Made by a program: the position numbers and the translations under genes. Positions 1 to 9,692 of a stretch of 64,000 nt of DNA are shown here, one piece after another (positions within the stretch are counted from its first letter, which is position 1; the number at the start of each line of letters is the position of its first letter). Origin of the DNA: Cenarchaeum sp. (GTDB lineage Archaea > Thermoproteota > Nitrososphaeria > Nitrososphaerales > Nitrosopumilaceae); assembly GCA_963693095.2 (NCBI GenBank), contig OY843768.1, positions 448,001 to 512,000 of the forward strand, given 5' to 3'. A model generated the notes under the pieces. It was not told where the DNA came from and made no database searches. It was given only the letters and a program-made list of their open reading frames with translations.

Positions 1-57
1 GACGGTCTTTCAGATGCGTGGGCTTGCTGCATATCCTCCAAAAAGAGGTGCGTCCAA

Positions 58-504
58 ATGACTACTAGTGAGTTAATTGCAGAACGTTATGATCGAATGG
101 CTCAATCGTGGGCACTTAGAAACTCTGCGACTTCAACAAACCCAAAATCTGTCCCAGGCTTGGAATACGCAAACGAGGTTATGCAGCACAAATATGCCCT
201 ATATACAAAAACAAGATATGTTTCTGAGGTTGATGAGCATGAACGTGCTGACAAATGTCCTACATGTGCCGAACATGATTCCAACGTGCAAAATGTTGAT
301 GCTGAACGTCCACCAGCGAGGATCAGCGAAACGCAACATCTGTGGATATTTGGAGCCATGTCGGTCTTTGGGTGTTTCGCCATGGTTTACACTGGGCCAT
401 TTCCGCTCAATGTCATATTTGGAGCTGCTGCCTTGGTGCCCTTTTCGCACGCGTTAGTCAAAAAATTACGACGCAGGCGCAAGATGGGGCGAGATGCGCT
501 ATAA
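58..504 (+). CDS. Hypothetical membrane protein (CxxC motif, two C-terminal hydrophobic helices, basic tail)
   Basis: 148-aa ORF in an AT-richer stretch. It has CPTC, hydrophobic segments LWIFGAMSVFGCFAMV and VIFGAAALVPF, then KKLRRRRK. Confidence 0.6.
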   Translation: MTTSELIAERYDRMAQSWALRNSATSTNPKSVPGLEYANEVMQHKYALYTKTRYVSEVDEHERADKCPTCAEHDSNVQNVDAERPPARISETQHLWIFGAMSVFGCFAMVYTGPFPLNVIFGAAALVPFSHALVKKLRRRRKMGRDAL

Positions 505-785
505 TGTCGTGGTTTGCGCCTCCCATTTCCTATATTTTATGCATCACTATCACACTTGTGTTGCTTGCAGTGTCTGTCTCGTATATGTTTGACTGGCAGT
601 CAGCCACACTGTCATACAATATTCATACTCCCATTGGGATGCTTGAGGCCGACATACGCGATATCACGCCCAGAGATGTGCTCATAGGAGATGTGGTCGT
701 AGCCCCGTGGATTATGTCCTGTATCTTTTTCATCATCATGCTGTTTGTTGGCAACTGGTGCCGCACATGGCGCTCAATGGCCTGA
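504..785 (+). CDS. Small hypothetical two-TM membrane protein (93 aa)
   Basis: ATG at 504 overlaps the upstream stop (TAATG). The protein begins MSWFAPPISYILCITITLVLLAV and has a second helix WIMSCIFFIIMLFVG. Confidence 0.55.
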   Translation: MSWFAPPISYILCITITLVLLAVSVSYMFDWQSATLSYNIHTPIGMLEADIRDITPRDVLIGDVVVAPWIMSCIFFIIMLFVGNWCRTWRSMA

Positions 786-881
786 GGCAGCACGCGCCAT
801 TGCCCCTGCCCCGCCATGGCTGTGCCCATTGCAGGGACGCATAGCTACGCTTTTTATCGCCATGCGTCTGCGCCTCGACCG

Positions 882-1805
882 TTGATAGAGCTAGCCGACA
901 TCAGGAGGCGCCGCCGGGGTGCCGTCGCGCGCGCCCTCACGCTAGTCGAGAACGAGCCGCGCCGTGCGCGCCCGATGCTCAAGCGCATGTTCCCCCACTG
1001 TGGCGAGTCAACCATAGTCGGCGTGACCGGACCGGCCGGCGCCGGCAAGAGCACGCTCATCGGCCACACGACAGCACGCCTCGCCTCACTCGGAATGCGG
1101 CCGGCAGTCCTTGCAATAGACCCCACGAGCCACGTCACGGGCGGGGCGATAATGGGCGACAGGGCACGCATGGCCGACCTCGACGGCTCAAAGGTCTATG
1201 TCCGCAGCATGGCCTCGCGCGGCTCGCGCGGCGCGCTCTCGGCCTCGGTGCGCGACTGTATCCGCGTTCTAGAGTACGCGCGATACGACCCCATCATAGT
1301 CGAGAGCGTCGGCGCAGGCCAGACCGAAGTCGACATTGCGGACATATCGGACATCACCATAGTCGTCTTTAGCCCGCAGACGGGGGACAGCATCCAGGCG
1401 ATAAAGGCCGGACTGACCGAGATTGGCGACATTTACGTCATCAACAAGGCCGACCTTGACGGCGCCTCGCAGCTTCTCGAGTCAGTCAGGGAGTTCGTCG
1501 GGGGTCGCACGGACGGCAGCGAGCGCGCGGTCCTAAAGGTCTCCTCACGTAGACCATCTACCACTGCGGACCTCGCGCGGCGGATTCGTGAGCTCGCGCG
1601 CACGCGCCGGCGCGGGCGCAAGGCGCGCTATGCGGCGCGCCTCGAGTCCGAGATGCGGGACATCGTTTTAAATAGCGTCAGCGAGCGCGCCGAATCTGCA
1701 ATGTCAGCAGACAATGCAAAGTACGCGCGATGCGTCAGCGCACTTCGTGCCGGCCGCATCGACCCGCACGCCGCAGCGCAGAGGATACTGGGGGCGCTCC
1801 CCTAG
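882..1805 (+). CDS. meaB: Methylmalonyl-CoA mutase-associated GTPase MeaB/ArgK
   Basis: Motifs GVTGPAGAGKST, IDPTS..TGGAIMGDR, ESVGAGQ and NKAD; directly upstream of the mutase. Start placed at TTG 882, ~25 nt after TTTTTAT. Confidence 0.93.
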   Translation: MIELADIRRRRRGAVARALTLVENEPRRARPMLKRMFPHCGESTIVGVTGPAGAGKSTLIGHTTARLASLGMRPAVLAIDPTSHVTGGAIMGDRARMADLDGSKVYVRSMASRGSRGALSASVRDCIRVLEYARYDPIIVESVGAGQTEVDIADISDITIVVFSPQTGDSIQAIKAGLTEIGDIYVINKADLDGASQLLESVREFVGGRTDGSERAVLKVSSRRPSTTADLARRIRELARTRRRGRKARYAARLESEMRDIVLNSVSERAESAMSADNAKYARCVSALRAGRIDPHAAAQRILGALP

Positions 1806-3530
1806 ATGGCCTCAGGCGCATCCCCGCGCAGGGCAGCAGGCAAAAAGGCAGCAGGCAAAAAGGCAGCAGGCAAAAAGGCAGCAGGCAAAAAGGCAGCAGG
1901 CAAAAAGGCAGCAGGCAAAAAGGCGCCGCCAAAAAAGGCCGCCGCGAAAAAGATCGTGACTGACTCGGGCATACCGGTCCGTCCGCTCTACACGTCAGGC
2001 CCGCGCCGCACGGGCCGTGACGCTCCGGGCAAGTACCCCTATACGCGCGGAATACACCCCGGCATGTACTCCCAGAGGCTCTGGACGATGCGCCAATACT
2101 CGGGGTTTGGCGATGCCGCGCAGACCAATGCCAGGTTTCGCTATATGCTTGATAACGGCCAGACCGGCCTGAGCATGGCCTTTGACCTTCCCACGCAGAT
2201 GGGCCACGATCCAGACTCGGAGAGCGCCGAGGGCGAGGTCGGCAAGGTCGGAGTCTCGATAGCCTCCATTGATGACATGATGCGCGCATTTGAAAAGATC
2301 CCGCTTGGCAGGGTCAGCACGTCGATGACGATAAACGCGACGGCCTCGACGCTCCTTGCGTACTATGTGGCGCTTGGCGAGTCGCAGGGAGTAACCGGTG
2401 CCGAGCTGCGCGGAACGACGCAGAACGACATACTAAAGGAGTACATTGCGCGCAACACGTACATCTATCCGCCAACACCGTCGATGAGGCTAGTCGGCGA
2501 CATGATCGAGTACTGCGCAAAGAGCGTCCCGCGGTGGTATCCAGTGTCGATCTCGGGGTATCACATGCGCGAGGCCGGTTCCACGGCGATCCAAGAGGTC
2601 GCCTTTACCATTGCCAATGCGATCGCATACATTGAGGCATGCATTGGGCGCGGCCTAAAGATCGACGACTTTGCCCCGCGCCTGTCATTCTTTTTCTGCT
2701 GCACGATGGAGTTCTTTGAGGAGATTGCCAAGTTCCGCGTCGCGCGCAAGGTCTATGCCAAGATACTAAAGGAGAGGTTTGGGGCAAAAAACCCGCGCTC
2801 ACTCCAGCTGCGCTTTCACACGCAGACTAGCGGCGAGTCACTCACCGCACAGCAGCCTGACAACAACATTGCGCGCGTCGCCATACAGACGATGGCCGCA
2901 GTCCTTGGGGGAACGCAGTCACTCCACACAAACTCGCGCGATGAGGCCCTTGCCCTCCCGACTAAAGAGTCAGCAAAGATTGCGCTTCGCACGCAGCAGA
3001 TAGTCGCGCACGAGAGCGGCGTGACCAAGACGGTGGATCCGATGGCCGGCTCGCACTATCTAGAGTCGCTCTGCGACGAGATGGAGGATGCCGTCTGGAA
3101 GTACCTCGGCAAGATCGAAAAGATGGGGGGCTCGATTAGGGCAATAGAGCGCGGGTTCTTCCAGTCGGAGATACGCCAGAACGCCTACAGGCTAAAGGGC
3201 GAGATCGACGCCGAGGGCGATGGCGCGCGCGTCATCGTCGGCATGAACCGCTTTGCTGACACGGAGGCGGCCCCTGCGCGCCCCGAGCTCCTGAGGGTTG
3301 ACGAGTCCGTTGGCCGCGCGCAGTCGCGCGCGATAGCGGCGCTTCGCAAGAGGCGCGACTCCTCGCGTGCGGCCGCGTCGCTCTCTGCGCTCCAGCGTGC
3401 CGCCGAGGACGACTCGGTCAACATGATGCCGGCGATCCTCGAGGCAGTCAGGGCACACTCGACGACTGGCGAGATAAGCGGCGCGCTGCGCGAGGTCTTT
3501 GGCGAATACTCGCCATCGGGGGTGTTCTAG
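1806..3530 (+). CDS. mcmA: Methylmalonyl-CoA mutase, large (substrate-binding) subunit, with N-terminal AAGKK repeats
   Basis: Motifs PGKYPYTRG, WTMRQYSGFG, AFDLPTQMG, QNDILKEY, ISGYHMREAG and GGTQSLHTN. There is no B12-binding domain (split archaeal form). Confidence 0.96.
   Translation: MASGASPRRAAGKKAAGKKAAGKKAAGKKAAGKKAAGKKAPPKKAAAKKIVTDSGIPVRPLYTSGPRRTGRDAPGKYPYTRGIHPGMYSQRLWTMRQYSGFGDAAQTNARFRYMLDNGQTGLSMAFDLPTQMGHDPDSESAEGEVGKVGVSIASIDDMMRAFEKIPLGRVSTSMTINATASTLLAYYVALGESQGVTGAELRGTTQNDILKEYIARNTYIYPPTPSMRLVGDMIEYCAKSVPRWYPVSISGYHMREAGSTAIQEVAFTIANAIAYIEACIGRGLKIDDFAPRLSFFFCCTMEFFEEIAKFRVARKVYAKILKERFGAKNPRSLQLRFHTQTSGESLTAQQPDNNIARVAIQTMAAVLGGTQSLHTNSRDEALALPTKESAKIALRTQQIVAHESGVTKTVDPMAGSHYLESLCDEMEDAVWKYLGKIEKMGGSIRAIERGFFQSEIRQNAYRLKGEIDAEGDGARVIVGMNRFADTEAAPARPELLRVDESVGRAQSRAIAALRKRRDSSRAAASLSALQRAAEDDSVNMMPAILEAVRAHSTTGEISGALREVFGEYSPSGVF
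1832..1921 (+). repeat. Perfect 15-bp tandem repeat GGCAGCAGGCAAAAA x6 (AAGKK), followed by two degenerate copies to ~1951
   Basis: Read directly from the sequence. Confidence 0.95.
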
Positions 3531-3532
3531 GC

Positions 3533-3931
3533 ATGGCCCTGGATATCGACCATGTCGCAATAGCGGTGAGTGACATAGATGCGGCCTCTGAGCGCTATTC
3601 TAGGGCGCTAGGCGCCGAGGTGATCCGCGAGACCGTAGAGTCCGAGGGCGTCGAGGTGGCGATCATGCGACTCGGAAACGCGCGAGTCGAGCTCATATCG
3701 CCGCTTGACAAGGACAGCCCAATTGCGGCGTTTATCAAAAAGCGCGGGGAGGGCATACACCATATCGCGCTGCGGACCGGCGACATTGACTCTGAGGTCG
3801 CGCGAATGGAGTCATGCGGCCTGCGGTTCCTCGGAGATGTCCGTGATGGCTCAGAAGGCACGCGCATCACGTTCATACACCCAAAGTCCCTCAACGGCGT
3901 GCTCACGGAGCTCTGCTCGGGCGGTGCATGA
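3533..3931 (+). CDS. mce: Methylmalonyl-CoA epimerase
   Basis: VOC-fold motifs IDHVAIAV, VELISP, GEGIHHIAL and FIHPKSLNGVLTEL; follows the mutase. Confidence 0.95.
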   Translation: MALDIDHVAIAVSDIDAASERYSRALGAEVIRETVESEGVEVAIMRLGNARVELISPLDKDSPIAAFIKKRGEGIHHIALRTGDIDSEVARMESCGLRFLGDVRDGSEGTRITFIHPKSLNGVLTELCSGGA

Positions 3932-3958
3932 GCGCGTGCCTGGCACACGTGGGGGAAC

Positions 3959-6562
3959 GTGAGGCGCGTGGGCGACATCCCCACGTCAATGCTAATCTCG
4001 GCTGTCTATGACGGTCCTAAAAAGCGCGTGATGCTAAAGTTTTACAATGGCAAGACCCACACGCTAGAGACGTACCATGACGAGTCAGGGCACCTGCCAT
4101 ACTGCTATTCGCGCCTGACGCCATCAGAACTCTCTGATATACATGACCGTGATGACGTTAAGGACATTGTTGTTCACCAGAGGCATGACAACATTACCGA
4201 CACCGACGTCAAAGTCTCAAAGATTATAGTCATGGATCCCCTGGCCATAGGCGGAACACAGTCAGACAAGAGCATACGCAACACAAAGGAGACGTGGGAG
4301 TCAGACATAAAGTACTATGAGAACTATGTCTATGACAACGGGCTCGTGATGGGCATGTACTATTCGGTCAGCGGGGACAAGATTGCCCCACAGGCATTGC
4401 CCATCCCCGACACGGTCCATGCGGCGCTAAAGTCCATGCTCCTTGACCGTGACACGGGAAAGGGAATGGTCGATCCCGTCGAGTACCAGGGGTACGTCAC
4501 GGAATGGGCAGAGACGCTAAACCAGCCAATTCCGCGCATCCGCCGTCTCAGCTTTGACATAGAGGTTGACTCGGAGAAGAATCGCATACCTGACCCGCAA
4601 CTCGCCGAGCGCCGCGTGACTGCAATCGGGTTTGAGGCGGGGGAGGACTCGCATGAGGTCTTTGTGCTCGGCAAGAGGGGCGCAACTAGCGCGTCGACTC
4701 CGGCAAAGGTGACCTATTATGAGGACGAGAAGAAGATGATTGCCGACGCGTTTGCAAAGATAGCGCAATATCCGGTGGTTCTCACGTACAATGGTGATGA
4801 CTTTGACATGCCATACATGTACAACAGGGCGAGCCGGCTCGGCATACCCGCCGGCGAGAACCCGCTCTACATGATGCGCGATGCGGCAACGCTAAAGCGC
4901 GGAGTGCATGTTGACCTCTATCGGACATTCTCCAACAGGGCATTTCAGGTCTATGCGTTCTCCAACAAGTACTCTAGCTATTCGCTCAACAGCGTCTCCC
5001 TTGCGCTCCTCGGCGAGGAAAAGCTCGACCATGGCGTGCCGCTCGGCGAGCTCACAGCCGAGCAGCTTGCCGCCTATTGCTATAATGATGCGCTCTTGAC
5101 GTACAAGCTGACTAGCTTTGGCGGGGATCTCTTGATGAACCTCCTCGTCGTGATATCGCGAATAGCAAAGATGCCCATAGATGACATTGCGCGCCTCGGC
5201 GTCTCTCAGTGGATACGCAGCCTACTGTACTATGAGCACCGCAAGCGCAACATCCTGATACCGCGGCGCTCGGAGCTAGAGGCAAAGTCAGTCGGCGCGA
5301 CGACAGAGGCGGCAATAAAGGACAAAAAGTACCGTGGAGGCCTAGTCGTGGATCCAAAGCAGGGCATCCACTTTGATGTCACGGTGATGGACTTTGCGAG
5401 CCTGTATCCGAGCATCATAAAGGTCCAAAACCTCTCATACGAGACGGTTCGCTGCCCTCATGCAGAGTGCAAAAAGAATACGGTTCCAGACACGTCACAC
5501 TGGGTTTGCAAAAAGCGCAACGGGATGACTTCGCTCCTCATAGGGTCACTGCGCGACCTGCGTGTCAACTATTACAAGAGCCTAGCGCGCGACGAGTCAC
5601 TTGACGAGATGGCCCGCCAGCAGTACTCTGTTGTAAGCCAGGCCCTCAAGATAATACTCAACGCAAGCTATGGCGTCATGGGAGCAGAAATGTTTCCGCT
5701 CTACTTTTTGCCTGCTGCTGAGGCTACAACTGCAATAGGGCGCCACATAATCATGGACACGATATCAAAGTGCAACGCGTCTGGCATTGACGTACTCTAT
5801 GGTGACACTGACTCGATATTCATAAAAAAGCCAACGCCAGAGCAGGTTCGCAGGGTCATCGAGGGCGCAAAGTCCGACCACGGCGTAGAGCTCGAGATCG
5901 ACAAAGAGTACCGCTATGTTGTCCTGAGCGACAGGAAAAAGAACTATCTTGGCGTCACAAAGTCCGGCAAGGTCGACATCAAGGGCCTCACGGGCAAAAA
6001 GTCGCACACGCCGCCCTTTATACGCACGCTCTTTTACGAGATAACTGACATCCTCTCTGATGTGTCCAACGAGGATGACTTTGAGCGCATAAAGGTGAGA
6101 ATAACAGACAAGATGCGCAAATGCGCCGACAGCCTAAAGGCGCGCGAGATACCGATCGCCGATCTCGCGTTCAACGTCATGCTGAGCAAGTCGCCCTCCG
6201 AGTACACAAAGGCCATACCACAGCACATAAAGGCAGCAGTGCAGCTAGAGCGGGCACCAAGCTCGGCGGGCAACATGTCCTCGTTCATCTCCAAGCCTTC
6301 AGGCGGGCAGCATGTGCCCACGCGCAAGATCAAAAAGGGCGACATTATATCATATGTCAAGACCATCACAAAGCCAGGCGTAAAGCCAGTCGAGCTAGCA
6401 ACGCCTGAGGAGGTTGACTCGGGCAAGTACATGGAGTTCATGGAGTCCACGCTTGACCAGATAACGTCGGTTCTCGGAATGGACTTTGAGGGCATTATGG
6501 GCAACAAGAAACAGTCAGATATACTCGACTTTTTCGGCAAGCCACAGCCTACACTCAAATAG
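3959..6562 (+). CDS. polB: Family B DNA polymerase (PolB1)
   Basis: Exonuclease motifs FDIEV and YNGDDFD, polymerase motifs DFASLYPSII, KIILNASYG and YGDTDS, and C-terminal PIP box QSDILDFF. Confidence 0.97.
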   Translation: MRRVGDIPTSMLISAVYDGPKKRVMLKFYNGKTHTLETYHDESGHLPYCYSRLTPSELSDIHDRDDVKDIVVHQRHDNITDTDVKVSKIIVMDPLAIGGTQSDKSIRNTKETWESDIKYYENYVYDNGLVMGMYYSVSGDKIAPQALPIPDTVHAALKSMLLDRDTGKGMVDPVEYQGYVTEWAETLNQPIPRIRRLSFDIEVDSEKNRIPDPQLAERRVTAIGFEAGEDSHEVFVLGKRGATSASTPAKVTYYEDEKKMIADAFAKIAQYPVVLTYNGDDFDMPYMYNRASRLGIPAGENPLYMMRDAATLKRGVHVDLYRTFSNRAFQVYAFSNKYSSYSLNSVSLALLGEEKLDHGVPLGELTAEQLAAYCYNDALLTYKLTSFGGDLLMNLLVVISRIAKMPIDDIARLGVSQWIRSLLYYEHRKRNILIPRRSELEAKSVGATTEAAIKDKKYRGGLVVDPKQGIHFDVTVMDFASLYPSIIKVQNLSYETVRCPHAECKKNTVPDTSHWVCKKRNGMTSLLIGSLRDLRVNYYKSLARDESLDEMARQQYSVVSQALKIILNASYGVMGAEMFPLYFLPAAEATTAIGRHIIMDTISKCNASGIDVLYGDTDSIFIKKPTPEQVRRVIEGAKSDHGVELEIDKEYRYVVLSDRKKNYLGVTKSGKVDIKGLTGKKSHTPPFIRTLFYEITDILSDVSNEDDFERIKVRITDKMRKCADSLKAREIPIADLAFNVMLSKSPSEYTKAIPQHIKAAVQLERAPSSAGNMSSFISKPSGGQHVPTRKIKKGDIISYVKTITKPGVKPVELATPEEVDSGKYMEFMESTLDQITSVLGMDFEGIMGNKKQSDILDFFGKPQPTLK

Positions 6563-6596
6563 CGACGCCTGCGCGCCTGTCCGCACAGGAAGGCAC

Positions 6597-7265
6597 ATGA
6601 TCATCGTAAACTGCAAGAACTATGCCGAGGCCACGGGGCGCGGACTCGCCAGGCTCGTGCGCGCCGCCGAGGCCGCATCTGCGCGCCACGGGACGCGCAT
6701 AGCAATAGCGCCACCCCCGCACCTCCTCTCGTCGGTCCACTCGCGCCGCGTCCTCACGTTTGCGCAGCATGCCGATGACAGGGACACCGGCAGCACCACG
6801 GGATACGTCGCACCCGAGCTCCTCCATGCAGCCGGCGTGTCCGGCTCGATCATAAACCACAGCGAGCATCGTGTGCGGCCCGCCGAGCTGCGCGCCGTCA
6901 TATTGCGCCTGCGCGGACTAGGCATGACGTCGATCGCCTGCGCGCGCAGCGTGGCAGAGACTGCAAAGATCGCCTCACTTGGCCCGGATTATGTCGCAAT
7001 AGAGCCACCATCGCTCATAGGGTCTGGGATCGCAATATCGCGCGCACGCCCCGGCCTCATCCGCGACGCCGCAGCAGCACTCGCGCGCAGCCGCGCACGC
7101 CTCCTGTGCGGCGCCGGCATTGTCACCGGAGAGGACGTCTCACGCGCCATCGAGCTTGGCTCAGAGGGCATACTTGTGGCAAGCGGCATCGTGCGCGCCC
7201 GCTCCCCGGCGCGCGCCCTCTCCGAGCTTGCATCGCGCATGCCGCGAACCGGCCGGCGCGCATGA
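6597..7265 (+). CDS. tpiA: Triosephosphate isomerase (archaeal type)
   Basis: Motifs IIVNCKNY, INHSEHR, AIEPPSLIGSG, CGAGI and LVASG; ATG at 6597. Confidence 0.93.
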   Translation: MIIVNCKNYAEATGRGLARLVRAAEAASARHGTRIAIAPPPHLLSSVHSRRVLTFAQHADDRDTGSTTGYVAPELLHAAGVSGSIINHSEHRVRPAELRAVILRLRGLGMTSIACARSVAETAKIASLGPDYVAIEPPSLIGSGIAISRARPGLIRDAAAALARSRARLLCGAGIVTGEDVSRAIELGSEGILVASGIVRARSPARALSELASRMPRTGRRA

Positions 7266-7370
7266 CGTGCCCTGCCTGTGCGGCGTCGGCTTGACCTCAC
7301 TGCGGCCCTGCCTGAATTGCATGGTGTCCGCGTCCACATTTGGGGCTCGCGGCTTGTGGGTGTGGCCCAC
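7161..7370 (-). CDS. Possible small basic protein (MGHTHKPRAPNVDADTMQFRQGRSEVKPTPHRQG...)
   Basis: GTG at 7370 lies ~30 nt from the TTTATAA box shared with divergent pfdA. The 3' end overlaps tpiA, so the call is uncertain. Confidence 0.35.
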   Translation of the reverse strand: MGHTHKPRAPNVDADTMQFRQGRSEVKPTPHRQGTSCAPAGSRHARCKLGEGARRGAGAHDAACHKYAL

Positions 7371-7427
7371 GTGGGCGTGCCCCCGCCGGCACGGGAATGA
7401 GTTTATAACCGCATTTGGAGGCTGCGC

Positions 7428-7865
7428 ATGGCATTGAGCGAAGAGAGGGCACAGCAACTCTACGAGCACGTCGCCGCACTAGAGTCGCAATACTCGGAGA
7501 TTGTCCGACGCGAGTCGGCACTCGCCAACGCGCACCGTGACGCGCAGGCCGCAGCAACGACGCTGCGCGCAGCAGACGGCGGCTCGGCCATCGACGCGTT
7601 CATTCCTGTCGGCTCTGGCGTCTTTTTTGGCGCACGCGTGGAGAATCCTGACAGGGTGATCATCGACATTGGGGCCGGAGTCGCCCTCTCCAAGACCCGC
7701 GCGGCTGCCCTTGACCTAGTCGAGGGGAACATAAAGGAGCTCGAAGTCGCACTCGGCCACGCAGCCGAGAACAAAAAGCAGATCGCCGGACAGATGCAGC
7801 AGGGGCGCATGGAGCTTGAGCGCATAGCCCACTCTGCGATGGCCGACGCAGGGAGAAATGTTTGA
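7428..7865 (+). CDS. pfdA: Prefoldin alpha subunit
   Basis: Coiled coils flank a double beta-hairpin (IPVGSGVF...IIDIGAGV); conserved pfdA-ftsY order. Confidence 0.9.
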   Translation: MALSEERAQQLYEHVAALESQYSEIVRRESALANAHRDAQAAATTLRAADGGSAIDAFIPVGSGVFFGARVENPDRVIIDIGAGVALSKTRAAALDLVEGNIKELEVALGHAAENKKQIAGQMQQGRMELERIAHSAMADAGRNV

Positions 7866-8778
7866 GGGCCTTCGCGGGACGCTCTCTGGCGTTGCGCGGG
7901 CCATAACGGAGAAGGAGATTGACGGCGGTGACGTTGATGCCGTCATGGCCGAGCTTGACATTGCCCTCCTGGAGGCAGACGTCGCAGTTGATGTCATTGA
8001 CTCGATAAAGTCCGACCTGCGCAAGGCGCTCACCGGCTCGTCAGTAAAGCGGGGGGACGTGGGGGAGTTTGTGCGCGACAGGCTAGTTGGGTATGTCACC
8101 GACGCATTTGCGGCTACCGGAACGATTGACCTCACAAAGATGATATGCGCAAAGCGTGGCTCGGGCTCCCCGTTTGTAATTGTGTTTGTGGGGATCAACG
8201 GCACGGGCAAGACCACGACGCTCGCAAAGGTTGCCCATGCGCTTGCCGCCTCGGGCGTGACGTCCGTAGTCGCCGCCGCAGACACGTTTCGGTCCGGCGC
8301 AATCGAGCAGCTTCGCGCGCACACTGATGCGCTGGGAATCCACCTCGTTGCGCAGAACTATGGCTCCGATCCGGCCGCTGTCTCGCGCGATGCCGTCCTC
8401 TATGCGCGCTCGCACGGCGTGGACTGCGTGCTAGTTGACACTGCTGGGCGCATGCAGACCAACCGCAACCTCATGGACCAGGTCACCAAGATAGTCTCAG
8501 TCACGTCCCCTGATCTAAAGGTCTTCGTCGGCGACTCGCTTGCGGGCAACGACACGGCAAGCCAGGCGCGCGAGTTCCACTCGCACGTTGGAGTTGATGC
8601 GGCAATCCTCACAAAGGCCGACGGCGGCGGCGGGGGCGGCGCGGCCCTCTCGATAGTGAGCATAACCTCGGCGCCCATCATATATGCCGGCACGGGGCAG
8701 GAGTACGGCGACCTAGATGCCTTTGACTCGCGCGCCTTTGTCGACTCGGTCTTTGGCGCAGGGGGGGACACGCCGTGA
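7858..8778 (+). CDS. ftsY: SRP receptor FtsY
   Basis: Motifs LLEADV, GINGTGKTTT, DTFR..AIEQL, DTAGRMQ, TKAD and GTGQ. Confidence 0.95.
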   Translation: MFEGLRGTLSGVARAITEKEIDGGDVDAVMAELDIALLEADVAVDVIDSIKSDLRKALTGSSVKRGDVGEFVRDRLVGYVTDAFAATGTIDLTKMICAKRGSGSPFVIVFVGINGTGKTTTLAKVAHALAASGVTSVVAAADTFRSGAIEQLRAHTDALGIHLVAQNYGSDPAAVSRDAVLYARSHGVDCVLVDTAGRMQTNRNLMDQVTKIVSVTSPDLKVFVGDSLAGNDTASQAREFHSHVGVDAAILTKADGGGGGGAALSIVSITSAPIIYAGTGQEYGDLDAFDSRAFVDSVFGAGGDTP

Positions 8779-9692
8779 GGGCGCACACGCCGTTCCACCT
8801 CCTCACGCTAGGCGAGCTCAGCTCGCGCCAGGCCGGAGCCATCATCGAGCGCGCCAGGCGCCTAAAGCGCTCAAGGCCCGCGCGCACCGCACCGCTTGCG
8901 CACCGCTCGATGGCGATGATCTTTTCAAAGCCGTCCACGCGCACGCGCGTCAGCTTTGAGGTCGCAATGGCCCAGCTGGGGGGACACGCCATACCGCTAG
9001 AGGGCTCTAGGATGCAGACATCGCGCGGCGAGTCGCTAGCCGACACGGCGCGCACGCTATCCAGGTACGTTGATGTCATAATGGCCCGTGTGTATGACCA
9101 TGCTGACATTGAGGAGCTTGCGCAGAGCGCCTCTGTCCCAGTGATAAACGGGCTGTCAAACTCGTTTCACCCGTGCCAGACGCTCGCTGACCTCCTGACC
9201 ATACGCGAGCGCAAGGGGCGACTCGCCGGCGTGCGCGTGGCGTGGGTCGGCGACGGAAACAATGTGTGCAACTCGCTCATACACGGCTGCGCACTGACGG
9301 GCATGGAGATCAGCATTGCGACGCCTGCCGGATTCGGACCGGACTCTGGCGTGGTCAGCTCGGCAAGGGAGAGGATCGCCGTGACAGTTGGCTCGAGTCC
9401 CGAGCGTGCCGTGCGTGATGCTGATGTCGTGGTCACTGACACGTTCTCCTCGATACACGACAGGGGCCCATCGAGAAGGAAAAAGTTCCTGCCGCGCTAC
9501 CGCGTCACTGACAGGCTCATGGCAATGGCCGACAAGGACGCGCTGTTCATGCACTGTTTGCCGGCAAAGCGTGGCGAGGAGGTCAGCGCGTCAGTTATAG
9601 ACGGGCCGCAGTCAGTCGTGTGGGACGAGGCCGAGAACCGACTCCACGCGCAAAAGGCGCTCCTCCTATGGCTGCTCGAGCGGGCGCGCTAG
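8775..9692 (+). CDS. argF: Ornithine carbamoyltransferase
   Basis: Motifs STRTRVSF, HPCQ, GDGNNV, FMHCLP and AENRLH. Confidence 0.95.
   Translation: MRAHTPFHLLTLGELSSRQAGAIIERARRLKRSRPARTAPLAHRSMAMIFSKPSTRTRVSFEVAMAQLGGHAIPLEGSRMQTSRGESLADTARTLSRYVDVIMARVYDHADIEELAQSASVPVINGLSNSFHPCQTLADLLTIRERKGRLAGVRVAWVGDGNNVCNSLIHGCALTGMEISIATPAGFGPDSGVVSSARERIAVTVGSSPERAVRDADVVVTDTFSSIHDRGPSRRKKFLPRYRVTDRLMAMADKDALFMHCLPAKRGEEVSASVIDGPQSVVWDEAENRLHAQKALLLWLLERAR

Noticed and set aside
1832-1921. Tandem repeat as a CRISPR array
   Set aside because: It has no spacers and is an in-frame coding 15-mer. No CRISPR array or cas genes were seen in the window.
3959-6562. Intein in PolB
   Set aside because: The length is normal, the catalytic motifs are uninterrupted, and there are no intein terminal motifs.
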